Shown: positions 38,701-47,291 of the stretch, in pieces
Layout: each line of letters starts with the position of its first letter
How positions within the stretch are numbered: position 1 is the stretch's first letter
Origin: a virus
IMG/VR virus record: IMGVR_UViG_3300020463_000007
Span: 32,001-96,000 of that record
Direction: 5' to 3' (one strand)
Length of the DNA stretch: 64,000 bases
Made by a program: the position numbers and the translations under genes
Notes under the pieces: generated by a model
Told to the model about the DNA's origin: nothing
What the model saw: the letters and a program-made list of their open reading frames with translations, nothing else
Databases searched by the model: none

Positions 38701-40532
38701 TTTCTTATACCTCCACCATTACGCACACGGAACATATCACTTGTTTCATATCCTGCTTTAGGAAATACAGAAGTACTCCTTAATTCATCTCCGATTAATG
38801 CTACATCTGCTGGTACGCTAATAGGTAGTATTTCTTCATATACACCTGTTTTAATAAAAACTGATGCTGGTGCCCTGTTGCCTAAATCTGCTTGTATGTA
38901 ATCACATGCAAATTTGATTGTTTTCCATGGTGCACCTTCTGTAACTCCATTAGTTGCTATATCTTGTCCGTTGGCAGTTGATACGTAATATACTTTTGGT
39001 ATCTGTCCAAAACTTCCCCATGCAGCTATTTCGCCAGTATCTAATGTTGCGTCAATTGGATTGTTTGCTTTTAATACTTGTCCTGCCGCTCCTATTGCTA
39101 ATCTTTCATCAGCCATTGAGCTATCTGTTTGCGAATTATGTGTTCTTAAATCTCCTCTTTCTCTAAGAACGTTAGTAGCTTCGCCTTCTATCAATACTGA
39201 CCAAAATTGTTCTTGGGTATAATCGATATCTAAATCTGGTCTTGCACCTGAGGACGATGAAAGGTGTCTTTTCATTGCTAAGTAAGCAGTCCCAGCAAAT
39301 AATACAACATCCATTTTTTCATATTGAGTATTATCTGCCCATTCGCCTCTGTGATGTCTACCTGTTACAAGAACTTGCCATTTGTTAGAACCATCTGGCA
39401 CTTCACCTGTACTGTCTGTCAGACAAATATATAAAAAACCATTTAGTCTTACAACATCACCAGTCTTGTATTCATAGTTACTGCTATCGTCGCCCCAATC
39501 ACCTAAATGTCTGTATCCTTCTTTTAATAATTCCCAATTGCCTGTGTCTTGAATTTTACCGTTGATACTTGGTACTGAACTTGCATTATTTTTTAGAGCA
39601 GTATAAGCATACCCACCGTATAAAACAATATCACCTTTTGAATAGTGTGTTTGATAATTCCATACAGTTTCATAATCTAGTCCAGGTAACCATAATTCCC
39701 ATTTTGTAGTTGAAGGATCACCTGTTTCGTCAACAGTAAAATACGTTGAGCTTGATGTATGTTCTGTTTTACATTTCCATAATGATGGACCATATTTAAT
39801 AACATCATTTAATTTATAAAGTGTATTAATAGCCCATATGCCTTTGTATTCAATTCCTGAATTAACAATATCCCAATAACTGTAATCGTTACTAAGATTA
39901 GTTGAACTTGTATGCCCTGTGTTTGCTCGATATACAATACCGCCATATTTAACTACATCACTTACTTTGTATCTGATTGAACTTGACCAATCACCACTCC
40001 AGTGATCTGATTTTGAAATTTGTGTCCATGCAGTTTGATTTGTTTCTAAACCAAGTGCTTCTGTAGCCGCTGAAGTATGTTTCGTGCTAACCATGTAAAC
40101 ATAGCCGTTATACCTTACTACATCTCCTAATTCGTAATCTGTGGATATTGTCCAGTTGTTTAACCAATTAGAACCTTTTGCTACAATTTCCCATTTAGAA
40201 TTATCATTAGTTAGTCCTAAAGTGCTAGTGGCTGCTGATGTGTGCGGAGTTAAAGCTCTATATACATATGCCTTAAATTGTACAATATTGCCAACATCAT
40301 AATATGTGCTAGGTGTCCAATTATTTTTCCATTCGTAACCGTCTAGCATTTTTACCCATTTTGGGCTTGTTGCATTTAGGTCTGTATAAAAACTAGAATC
40401 AGAAGTATGTCCGATCAAACATACAAACGCCTTGCCTTGATATATTACAATATCATCTTTGACAAAAGCTGTTGCCGCTGACCAAGTATTTTTCCAACGG
40501 AATCTAATTCTATCAATTCTAAAATCTGCCAT
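35754..40532 (-). CDS. Long tail-fibre/appendage protein B (paralogue of A with Asp-box region)
   Basis: Same architecture as A plus SQDNGQSW, STNNGVSW, STDGTTW, SLDGITW repeats. Confidence 0.8.
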   Translation of the reverse strand: MADFRIDRIRFRWKNTWSAATAFVKDDIVIYQGKAFVCLIGHTSDSSFYTDLNATSPKWVKMLDGYEWKNNWTPSTYYDVGNIVQFKAYVYRALTPHTSAATSTLGLTNDNSKWEIVAKGSNWLNNWTISTDYELGDVVRYNGYVYMVSTKHTSAATEALGLETNQTAWTQISKSDHWSGDWSSSIRYKVSDVVKYGGIVYRANTGHTSSTNLSNDYSYWDIVNSGIEYKGIWAINTLYKLNDVIKYGPSLWKCKTEHTSSSTYFTVDETGDPSTTKWELWLPGLDYETVWNYQTHYSKGDIVLYGGYAYTALKNNASSVPSINGKIQDTGNWELLKEGYRHLGDWGDDSSNYEYKTGDVVRLNGFLYICLTDSTGEVPDGSNKWQVLVTGRHHRGEWADNTQYEKMDVVLFAGTAYLAMKRHLSSSSGARPDLDIDYTQEQFWSVLIEGEATNVLRERGDLRTHNSQTDSSMADERLAIGAAGQVLKANNPIDATLDTGEIAAWGSFGQIPKVYYVSTANGQDIATNGVTEGAPWKTIKFACDYIQADLGNRAPASVFIKTGVYEEILPISVPADVALIGDELRSTSVFPKAGYETSDMFRVRNGGGIRNMSLNGLSGTLGTPNSYGTRRPTAGAYVSLDPGTGPGDTTVHITSKSPYIQNVSSFGTGCTGLRVDGSLHNAGNRSIVANDFTQILPDGIGYWCSYDGKSELVSVFTYYNHIGYLCEFGGKVRATNGNNSYGDFGSVAEGVNPSETAKTGTVNNRSKQAQIRVVETNGTSALAFGYSNAGENYTGTPSINLSGSGYGVVAGFEELRKNALTNIRVTDPGDSSTPGGLNYTYIVNNAQEGDTTSIKLSNADTTGTSAAYVGQRIVILSGAGDGQYARISSYNSGTKVATVERESDGTAGWEHIYPGYPIIGTLTSATRYAIEPRVDVTEPAFASTALTVPHKIDTITANDTNFVIAKTDLISYSGNAGGAWTTSTGSTTGTWTKVKAMKGTSYMVALQGTTETTVGGLSQDNGQSWTQTILANGANWIDIAFKANQWIAISSGSATETAISTNNGVSWSAGTTISGQNKLIEYGNGVFVILPESGNTALTSTDGTTWTTRTLPVTSNWQDMQYANGRFVAVGNSDSKIIYSLDGITWYDSYINITNLQDSTTGLWNNLAYTQGVWLCTNSADNTIITSQSASVWSSILDDSTTKAFTTTGGYAVVAGGLTASGMPAFIGSKGTTDACSVNYGAKPIIRADVASSRISGFTIYDPGSGYSSAPTVTVHDYPNTIDANYTVNVAASGVLGQPVFNARGLDWNVASATISGSGYAEIFQTGQQLVLEGVTALPGPGENIIINGINDIIYKVVSIDQQSGAGPYNITIKVDPAIGNAESPTHGTSVELRENYSQIRLTGHDFLDIGTGDFSETNYPILYTDGYNFESGAEPKQFNEVIEVGGGRVFYTSTDQDGNFRAGEQFLVEQSTGIITLNSSLFNFSGLQSLTLGGVVIGGTAVVVNEFSKEQTFIANSNNIVPTQKAIAAYVSSRVSGGGSNASTNKLNVGQITVATNNINQTAAATIEVPQKMIIKGGADGHYLSSMYFSA

Positions 40533-40541
40533 TATATTATC

Positions 40542-40910
40542 CTATCCACTTGACGATGCGCCATCGTCATATGTAAAATCTTGTCCTACTCTTGCAACTA
40601 GTTCGCCTTCTGCATTTATGTAATAACTAACATTTCTATCGTCCCAGCGAAATTGTTCATAATTTAAATTTTCGTACACAAGTCCTTTGTTAACATCTCT
40701 ACCTTCATAAAAATCTTGTCCTTCAGCAAAGTCTGGATAGTTTGCTGTAGGATCCCCTGGTTTGTTTATCGTCAACGAATCATCATTTTTTAGTTGATCT
40801 ACTTTACCTATAAACAATTCACCTTCGTCTGTTCGACGTAATCCATAAAAGAATCTATTTTGAAATGATCCTAAAATACTATCTGCACTTGTTCCTACAT
40901 AATTTGCCAT
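40542..40910 (-). CDS. Hypothetical structural protein
   Basis: Packed in fibre operon with AGGA RBS. Confidence 0.6.
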   Translation of the reverse strand: MANYVGTSADSILGSFQNRFFYGLRRTDEGELFIGKVDQLKNDDSLTINKPGDPTANYPDFAEGQDFYEGRDVNKGLVYENLNYEQFRWDDRNVSYYINAEGELVARVGQDFTYDDGASSSG

Positions 40911-40919
40911 AACTTATCC

Positions 40920-41249
40920 TTACACAATATCCACATAACTTATTACAACATCTAAACTATCATTTTCATTTGATTGAAAAGATATCGAGTTATTAGGTGC
41001 TAAAATTATTTTTTCAGCAGGGCCTAATGGTTTTAAACTTGAATTAGGTGGTATCACTACGTCCTTTAAATAAAATCCTTCAACACTAGTATCATCTGCT
41101 ACTAAAATATTAACAAAAATATTAGATTGAAGTAGATTTGTAAGACTCACACCAATAATAGTTGATCTTGTAGAACCATCGCATACAATACCTGGTGTCT
41201 TAACTACTCCTACATCTTTTAATACTTTACTTCTAAAAAACGTTGCCAT
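40920..41249 (-). CDS. Small structural adaptor (paralogue)
   Basis: TIIG..LTN...IPPNSSL...EKIIL...DVVISY. Confidence 0.6.
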   Translation of the reverse strand: MATFFRSKVLKDVGVVKTPGIVCDGSTRSTIIGVSLTNLLQSNIFVNILVADDTSVEGFYLKDVVIPPNSSLKPLGPAEKIILAPNNSISFQSNENDSLDVVISYVDIV

Positions 41250-41253
41250 ACTA

Positions 41254-42726
41254 TTATCCTAAACTTAATACCAATTCTAACGCAATAGCTTCTGCGTCTG
41301 CTGTTGTAATACCTGATGCAGATCCTGCAACAGATACCCAACTTGTTCCATCAAATATTTCTACTCTTTGCTCTGCTGTATTTAATCTCATCATACCAGT
41401 TTCACTGTTTACAAAAGGTGGGCGTTCTAGTGAAGTACCATGAGGAATAACTAATCCACTAGTACCTGAAAATTTTACATAACCTGTTCCAGTTGTGGCA
41501 AATTGTGTTACGCTGTCTGTTACTTCATTTTTTATAACATTATCTTTAATACTAATTGTATTGTTAAAAAGTGTCTTACCAGTGCCTGCTGGCGCCATTT
41601 CTATATTAGTATTTGTAGCTGATGTTAAAGTATTTCCATCTATTGTAATGTTGTCAACTGTAACTTGCGGAGCATTTAATCTTGTGCTATTGATATCTAC
41701 TACTGTTGAACCTGCAATATTAAATCTTATAATATTGTCATTTGCACCCGGAGTCAATTCTGCTGTAATTTTAGTATCGCCGTCTAAATCTTGTACACCG
41801 TTTAGCACAATCCAGTTAGAACCGTCGTAGCCTTCGAATGTATTTAAATCTGTATTATATCTTGTTTTTCCTCTAGACGCTGTAGGTCTTTGTGCAGTTG
41901 TACCTGTTGGTAGTTTTAGTGCTCCTGTTGAACTAAAATTAACATCTTTTGCCGTACCCGGCTGTAATATTAAGTCAACAGTTGAAGCTATTGTACTTCC
42001 ATTAATACTTATAGAATCAACTACAATTGATCCTGCACCGCTTGCTCGTAATTCTAAATTAGCGTTAGATGCTGACGAAGTAATATAATTATCTCTAATT
42101 TGCACATCGCCTATATTTGCTTCAGTAGTGTTTACATTATTAATCCAAGAATTATTCCATCTTTTACTTACATTACCTAGATTATATGTATCAGTTATAT
42201 CTGGTATTAAATCACTTGCAATTTCAGAATTAATAGTAATTGAATCTGTATCATCATCACCTAATACAATATTTCCGTCTGCTGTAATGTTACCTGTAAC
42301 ATGTACGCTACCATCAACATTTAAATCAGAATGTATATGTACTTTACCTGTACCATTAGGACGAAATTCTAAATTAGCATTAGAATTATTAGTTCTAATT
42401 GTGTTACCTTCTATATCAATTGCATCGATAGATAGTTTGTTTTGATATATTACATCATCAAGTGTACCTAGATTTAAATAGTTACTTGTTGTACTAATTG
42501 TGTTATTTGAAAAATTTATATCGGAAATTGTTGCTGTACTAGCAACTAAATTTGTAGTTTTAGTAGTTCCGTTTACGTCCAAGTCATATTGAGGTGAACT
42601 TGTTTTAACGCCGAGACGTGAATTATTAACATCTAGATATAAAAGGTCGGTCTCAAAAGCTAAATCAATTCCATTACGAACTAAATTCGACTTTAAGAGC
42701 GGACCGGATATGCGACCAACAGCCAT
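41254..42726 (-). CDS. Fibre-shaft structural protein
   Basis: MAVGRISGPLLK; I.I.GN.I..N.NL...P.GTG and P.GTTAQRP...RYNT..FEGYDG repeats. Confidence 0.75.
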   Translation of the reverse strand: MAVGRISGPLLKSNLVRNGIDLAFETDLLYLDVNNSRLGVKTSSPQYDLDVNGTTKTTNLVASTATISDINFSNNTISTTSNYLNLGTLDDVIYQNKLSIDAIDIEGNTIRTNNSNANLEFRPNGTGKVHIHSDLNVDGSVHVTGNITADGNIVLGDDDTDSITINSEIASDLIPDITDTYNLGNVSKRWNNSWINNVNTTEANIGDVQIRDNYITSSASNANLELRASGAGSIVVDSISINGSTIASTVDLILQPGTAKDVNFSSTGALKLPTGTTAQRPTASRGKTRYNTDLNTFEGYDGSNWIVLNGVQDLDGDTKITAELTPGANDNIIRFNIAGSTVVDINSTRLNAPQVTVDNITIDGNTLTSATNTNIEMAPAGTGKTLFNNTISIKDNVIKNEVTDSVTQFATTGTGYVKFSGTSGLVIPHGTSLERPPFVNSETGMMRLNTAEQRVEIFDGTSWVSVAGSASGITTADAEAIALELVLSLG

Positions 42727-42832
42727 CTTTTCTCCTCAATACGGGCATCATTAGCGTGCCTCTAACCAATTTGGACCTACCCCATCGCTGGTTAACCGCG
42801 GTTTGTGAATAAAACATTGGTCATATTCTATT
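42727..42832 (-). ncRNA. Candidate structured 5' leader RNA
   Basis: Between late promoter and RBS; helices GAAUA/UAUUC, UAACCAG/UUGGUUA, GGCA/UGCC, GCGG/CCGU. Confidence 0.55.
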
Positions 42833-42859
42833 AACAATATTTATCGTTTTTATAGATTA

Positions 42860-44329
42860 TTACCCTAGTAGTATTGTAAATTGTAGTAAAATGTCGTCGT
42901 ATTCTGCTCTAGTTACAACGCCACCGGAACCTGCCGCACTTATATAACCCGCACCGTTGTAAGTTTCTAACAAGTTACTCTGTGTGTTCCATCTAGTATC
43001 ACCAAGCTGTGGACTTGCAGGTCTTTGAGATGTATCACCATAAGGTATAGTTACAGCATATGATCCAGGAAACTGATTTGCTCCGTATCCTGATACAGCA
43101 AACTCTATTATATTGTTATCACTTTTTATTTGCTGACTTCCTACAGTTTCTCCGATTGATATATTATCAATTTTAACTGCTTTACTAGACCCTGTGCCGG
43201 CGGGAGCAAGTATTAAATCTGTATCTGTCGATGTACTAATAATATTGCCGTCAATATTAATATCATCAACTTGTAGTCCATGTACAGCTATGCCTGTTGA
43301 ACTAACAGTACCAACACTTACATTATTTACAGTAAATCCAATTGTATCGTTTGTTGGGTGAGCAACTACATTAGTTAAAGAATTATCTGAATATACGCCG
43401 CCAAATATAGTATTTCCATTGTAATAGCCTTCAAAGTTTGTTGTTTGATGATTAAACCTTATTCCAGAATTTGCACTAGTTCTTTGTGCAGTTGTGCCTG
43501 TTGGAATGTACATTGCAGCAGTAGTATCCACAGTAGTATCTCTGCTTATTTCTATATCTGTTGTTGAGCTTATTGTTTCATTTGCAAAAGTTAAATCTTC
43601 TAATTTTACTATACCACTAGCATTACCTCTTAGGTCTAAGTTTGAATTAGAAACTTGTGTAGTAATATAGTTTGTTTCTATTTTTAAGTTTGGAGTATCT
43701 AGTTTAGCTCCGTTCAATCTAAATGTTTGTATGTTATTCCATTTATTCGCTGAACTACCTAAATTAGATACATCAGTAACATCAGGAGTTAGGTCACTTG
43801 TAAATTCAGTGTTGAAATCAATAGTGTCTGATCCATTATCTCCTATAGTTATATTGCCACCCATAGTTACTGTTTGTGGAGTATCTAAATTTCCAAAAAT
43901 TTTCATATCCGAATATGCTTCAACTCTTCCTGTGCCATTTGGAGTAATGTCAAAACTAGCATTACTATTAAATGTAGAAATTGTATTGTCAGTAATTCTA
44001 ATATTATCTGTTTCAACTGTAGTTGCTCTAATTGCCTCTGCCGCATTAAACAAAATATTTCCTGTTGAAACTTGTAAGGTATTACCATTCAAGGTATAAT
44101 TTGCTATTTGAGTGTTATTTGCTGATACTTGTAAGTCACTAGTACGCATACTTGCACCAATAATATCTAAATCAGTAGCAGGTGCATCTTTTTTAATACC
44201 TAATCTACTTGTGCTAACATCAAAAAATAATAAAGGAGTGTCAGAGGGTTGATTACGAAAGTCTAAATCAACTCCGTTACGTTCTAAATTTTCTTTTAAA
44301 AGTGGTCCCGATATTCTACCTACGGCCAT
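42860..44329 (-). CDS. Fibre-shaft structural protein (tandem paralogue)
   Basis: First 12 aa identical to the 41254 gene; same repeat layout. Confidence 0.75.
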   Translation of the reverse strand: MAVGRISGPLLKENLERNGVDLDFRNQPSDTPLLFFDVSTSRLGIKKDAPATDLDIIGASMRTSDLQVSANNTQIANYTLNGNTLQVSTGNILFNAAEAIRATTVETDNIRITDNTISTFNSNASFDITPNGTGRVEAYSDMKIFGNLDTPQTVTMGGNITIGDNGSDTIDFNTEFTSDLTPDVTDVSNLGSSANKWNNIQTFRLNGAKLDTPNLKIETNYITTQVSNSNLDLRGNASGIVKLEDLTFANETISSTTDIEISRDTTVDTTAAMYIPTGTTAQRTSANSGIRFNHQTTNFEGYYNGNTIFGGVYSDNSLTNVVAHPTNDTIGFTVNNVSVGTVSSTGIAVHGLQVDDINIDGNIISTSTDTDLILAPAGTGSSKAVKIDNISIGETVGSQQIKSDNNIIEFAVSGYGANQFPGSYAVTIPYGDTSQRPASPQLGDTRWNTQSNLLETYNGAGYISAAGSGGVVTRAEYDDILLQFTILLG

Positions 44330-44358
44330 ACTGTATCTCCTATACAGTATTTATAGGT

Positions 44359-45030
44359 TTACTTATCGAAGTTATGTAGGGCAGTTACTGGTTTACCTGC
44401 ATCAGGTGCAGATGTAAACACTAGATAATATCCTGTTGGTCTTGCTGTACCATTGCCTGTACCAGCGCCTGTAGCTGTGAATACTGTATCTACAGTATTT
44501 GCACTTGCACCAATAGCTGTAAAGTCTGTTGTGCCAACTGTGACAATTTTATATTCTGTACTTACTTGAAAAGAACCAGCAGTTACTTCTCCGCCTGTCC
44601 CTGTTGCTGCTGTTGGATTCTGTACAAGTGTATAGTTTGTAGTTGCCAACTGAAATACATTTTCAACAAGCACTAGAACATTTTGAGCCGCCGCTGGAGC
44701 AACTTGATTTGTATCTTGTGAATTCAAAGGCCCAAAACATACTGCTGTTGCATCGCCGTTACCTAAACTTTGCTGTATAATACCTGCTGGAAAGGGTTCT
44801 GCATATCTTAAATTTCTCCAAGCACCGTTTTCATAACCTTCAAATTTATTATTGCTTGTGTTATATCTTATTTGTCCGTTAGCAGGAGTTACAGGACGCT
44901 GAGCTGTTGTACCTGCAGGTATACGAATTGAATTTGTACTGTCTGCAACTACTTGGTCTAATGTATCTATTTGTACACCTCTACCATAAATATTACGCTG
45001 GTTAGTATTTTGACCTTTTAGTAAACGCAT
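44359..45030 (-). CDS. Structural/baseplate-fibre protein
   Basis: PAGTTAQRP..GQIRYNT motif; VLVENVFQ..Y..FTSAP domain. Confidence 0.65.
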   Translation of the reverse strand: MRLLKGQNTNQRNIYGRGVQIDTLDQVVADSTNSIRIPAGTTAQRPVTPANGQIRYNTSNNKFEGYENGAWRNLRYAEPFPAGIIQQSLGNGDATAVCFGPLNSQDTNQVAPAAAQNVLVLVENVFQLATTNYTLVQNPTAATGTGGEVTAGSFQVSTEYKIVTVGTTDFTAIGASANTVDTVFTATGAGTGNGTARPTGYYLVFTSAPDAGKPVTALHNFDK

Positions 45031-45031
45031 C

Positions 45032-45388
45032 TTATACTTCCATGTAACTAACTACACAAGCTAAATCTGTATTTCCTGATCCTTGATCAGGAGATGCTGT
45101 AAAAGTAATTTTATCTCCTGCACTTAAAACAATTCTTTCTGAATCAAATGTAAAAGTTTCGCCTGCTGGTAGATTTAATTCTTTTACTACACAAGTTATA
45201 TTATTGTTCAATGCACTTCCTGACGGGATAATATGCATTGTAAAATTTGCATTTCTAGTAGATGCACTTCCACCACTAGGACTATATGTGTTACAAACTA
45301 ACACATTTGTTACAGCATATGTTAAACTAGCAGGAACGGTTAATACATCTTTTTGTGTTAATGTTAATTGATTTGTTGTTATCGCCAT
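45032..45388 (-). CDS. Small structural adaptor (paralogue)
   Basis: AVT.V..CN...LPAGETF.....RIVL..GD...VVSY. Confidence 0.6.
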   Translation of the reverse strand: MAITTNQLTLTQKDVLTVPASLTYAVTNVLVCNTYSPSGGSASTRNANFTMHIIPSGSALNNNITCVVKELNLPAGETFTFDSERIVLSAGDKITFTASPDQGSGNTDLACVVSYMEV

Positions 45389-45399
45389 TTTTATTTCCT

Positions 45400-46410
45400 T
45401 TAGAACACCATACTATAGACTAATGCTTTATTCTTACTTATCAATTCGTCTCTATTACTACTCTTATTAACGAAAAACAATCCCGATCCCCCAGTTGATT
45501 GCGTTTTAGAATAAATTTTAATACCTTCAGTAGGCGCACTAGGATCTGATGCAACATCGTTTTCACCTGGAGTTTCAGTAATTTCAATGTTGTCCTTAAT
45601 TTTTACTGAACCCGTACCTGGTGAACCTAGTACTAAATCAGTATTACTAGCTGTTGTAGTTATTTCATTGTTTTGAATCATTATGTCAAATGCTTCAATT
45701 CTGTCAGAGTATATATTTGCAACTTGTACATTATCAATATCAAATTGTAATTTACTATCTGTGCCTGTAACACTTTGATCATGTGCTTCAATTGATGTAT
45801 CTGATTCTTGTAGTCTTGCAGGTACAGCACCTGATGCAAGTGCATAAGTTACATAATCAACTACAGATTTTGCATTTGGTATAATATCGTCGTCCAAAGC
45901 TCCGCCTGTGACTGCACCTCCGCCATATTGAAACACTCTTTGTTCGTAATTTGTTGTGTTTGTTGCAGATATTACACCTGTACCGGGATTTAAAAATAAG
46001 TTAGCATCAGAAAACATTCCTGTTGCTTTTATAGGTACAACAGTAGTGCCTTGTTCAAACGTCCATGTTCCTGTGCCTGAAGTTCCACCTAATGTCCAAG
46101 ATAATTGTTCATCATATACCATAAATGCGTTTGACTCTGAACCTCTTTCAATCTCAATACCACTTCTATAGTTTAATGAAGCAGGTAAACCTGCGGCTAC
46201 ATTGTTTCTTGAAAGCACTATTATATTATCAGCTATTTCAACAGTAGTTGAATTTATAGTTTGTGTATCGCCTTTGACTTCTAAGTCTCCAGTTACAATT
46301 ACTTTTCCTGTACCATTAAGTAAACCGTCTGTCGTATCTAATGTGATTTCGCCACCTTCTTTTGTAACGATATTGTAATCACCATTTCCAATTCTTAAAT
46401 ACTTTGACAT
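45400..46410 (-). CDS. Fibre-related structural protein
   Basis: V.GDLEV.G..T.NST..I.DNIIVL..SGIEIERG motif; ends KALVYSMVF. Confidence 0.65.
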   Translation of the reverse strand: MSKYLRIGNGDYNIVTKEGGEITLDTTDGLLNGTGKVIVTGDLEVKGDTQTINSTTVEIADNIIVLSRNNVAAGLPASLNYRSGIEIERGSESNAFMVYDEQLSWTLGGTSGTGTWTFEQGTTVVPIKATGMFSDANLFLNPGTGVISATNTTNYEQRVFQYGGGAVTGGALDDDIIPNAKSVVDYVTYALASGAVPARLQESDTSIEAHDQSVTGTDSKLQFDIDNVQVANIYSDRIEAFDIMIQNNEITTTASNTDLVLGSPGTGSVKIKDNIEITETPGENDVASDPSAPTEGIKIYSKTQSTGGSGLFFVNKSSNRDELISKNKALVYSMVF

Positions 46411-46426
46411 TATAATTCCTTTTTAA

Positions 46427-46450
46427 AATAGGGGGATTTCTCCCCCTATT
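46427..46450 (-). terminator. Strong hairpin, probably a leaky terminator
   Basis: 10-bp stem AAUAGGGGGA/UCCCCCUAUU with GAAA loop but short U-tract, just before the next RBS. Confidence 0.65.
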
Positions 46451-46453
46451 ATA

Positions 46454-46813
46454 TTAAATAGCTGTTAACCTAATTAATGATTCTGTTGAATCGTCTTCAA
46501 CAGTCCACTTGTAACGATTGTTATCAAAGTCTACTGCTGTTCTGTTGAACATTTTTTTAAGTATTATTGCTCCACCACCTGGTGTAATACCTACTAAAGC
46601 ACATTCGCCTTCTGCATTAGGTGCAATTTCATTTACTAGTCTGCAAATTTTTGCAGAACCAGCGGCACTATCGCAATTAAATTTGTTAGTACCTCTTTGA
46701 GAAAGAATAAATCCTTCTCTAGATGCTGTACCATCATGGTATCTAATTGCTATAGTTGGTTGAGTATTGTCGCCTGTTGCGCCAAAAAATCTCTTGTTAA
46801 TTGGTCTTCCCAT
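46454..46813 (-). CDS. Small virion protein (possibly head decoration)
   Basis: Strong AAGGAG RBS, own late promoter and hairpin, next to capsid gene. Confidence 0.6.
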   Translation of the reverse strand: MGRPINKRFFGATGDNTQPTIAIRYHDGTASREGFILSQRGTNKFNCDSAAGSAKICRLVNEIAPNAEGECALVGITPGGGAIILKKMFNRTAVDFDNNRYKWTVEDDSTESLIRLTAI

Positions 46814-46893
46814 TTGTTTTCTCCTTTATACTTTTTACGTAATACGCAGTAGGTCAATCTGCATAAGTCCACATTAGTGGCCCGATTTATGAC
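46814..46893 (-). ncRNA. Candidate structured 5' leader RNA
   Basis: CCAC-UAAU-GUGG and UAUGCAG/CUGCGUA hairpins; CAUAA/UUAUG competes with the latter. Confidence 0.5.
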
Positions 46894-46934
46894 ACAAGTA
46901 TTTATCAGTTTACAAATAATTGTTTTGGAATAAT

Positions 46935-46967
46935 AAAAAAGAGAAAAGACGTCATAAGACGCCTTTT
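46935..46967 (-). terminator. Intrinsic terminator of the stand-alone ncRNA
   Basis: AAAAGGCGUC-UUAU-GACGUCUUUU followed by CUCUUUUUU. Confidence 0.75.
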
Positions 46968-46971
46968 TAAA

Positions 46972-47158
46972 ATAGTAAGCAAAATAGGTAGGACTTGGTT
47001 ACACCTACAAGCACGTACCGGAATACCATTCTAATACGTACAACCTAACCCCGCTAGTGACTGCGATGTGAACCTGCGGATTTCTCCTACAAGCCCTGGG
47101 TACCATCCCTGGTTAGTCAAGTTCGACCCTTCTGGTAAAGGCCTCTTCCTTGCACTAT
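46972..47158 (-). ncRNA. Stand-alone structured ncRNA (~190 nt), possibly manA-like
   Basis: Terminal stem, six or more internal helices with G-U pairs, GAAA tetraloop, two potential ACCA/UGGU pseudoknots; no ORF; family identity unverified. Confidence 0.75.
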
Positions 47159-47195
47159 AATTAAGAGTTAATTACTCTCCTAATGCTTAATTACT

Positions 47196-47223
47196 AATAT
47201 AACATCTTTATGTGTAAAGTCAA
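47196..47223 (-). promoter_or_regulatory. Sigma70-type promoter driving the ncRNA
   Basis: TTGACT-16 nt-TATATT with extended TG. Confidence 0.65.
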
Positions 47224-47244
47224 CCTTTTTTGGATAAAAAAGTC

Positions 47245-47272
47245 AAAAAAATAGGCCCCGAAGGGCCTATTT
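47245..47272 (-). terminator. Intrinsic terminator after major capsid gene
   Basis: AUAGGCCC-UUCG-GGGCCUAU plus U-tract. Confidence 0.9.
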
Positions 47273-47291
47273 AAATTAGTTGTGTTAACTA

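Noticed and set aside
46814-46865. SAM-II/SAM-V or preQ1 riboswitch
   Set aside because: Hairpin plus A-rich tail is superficially similar, but diagnostic loop nucleotides are missing and the downstream gene looks structural
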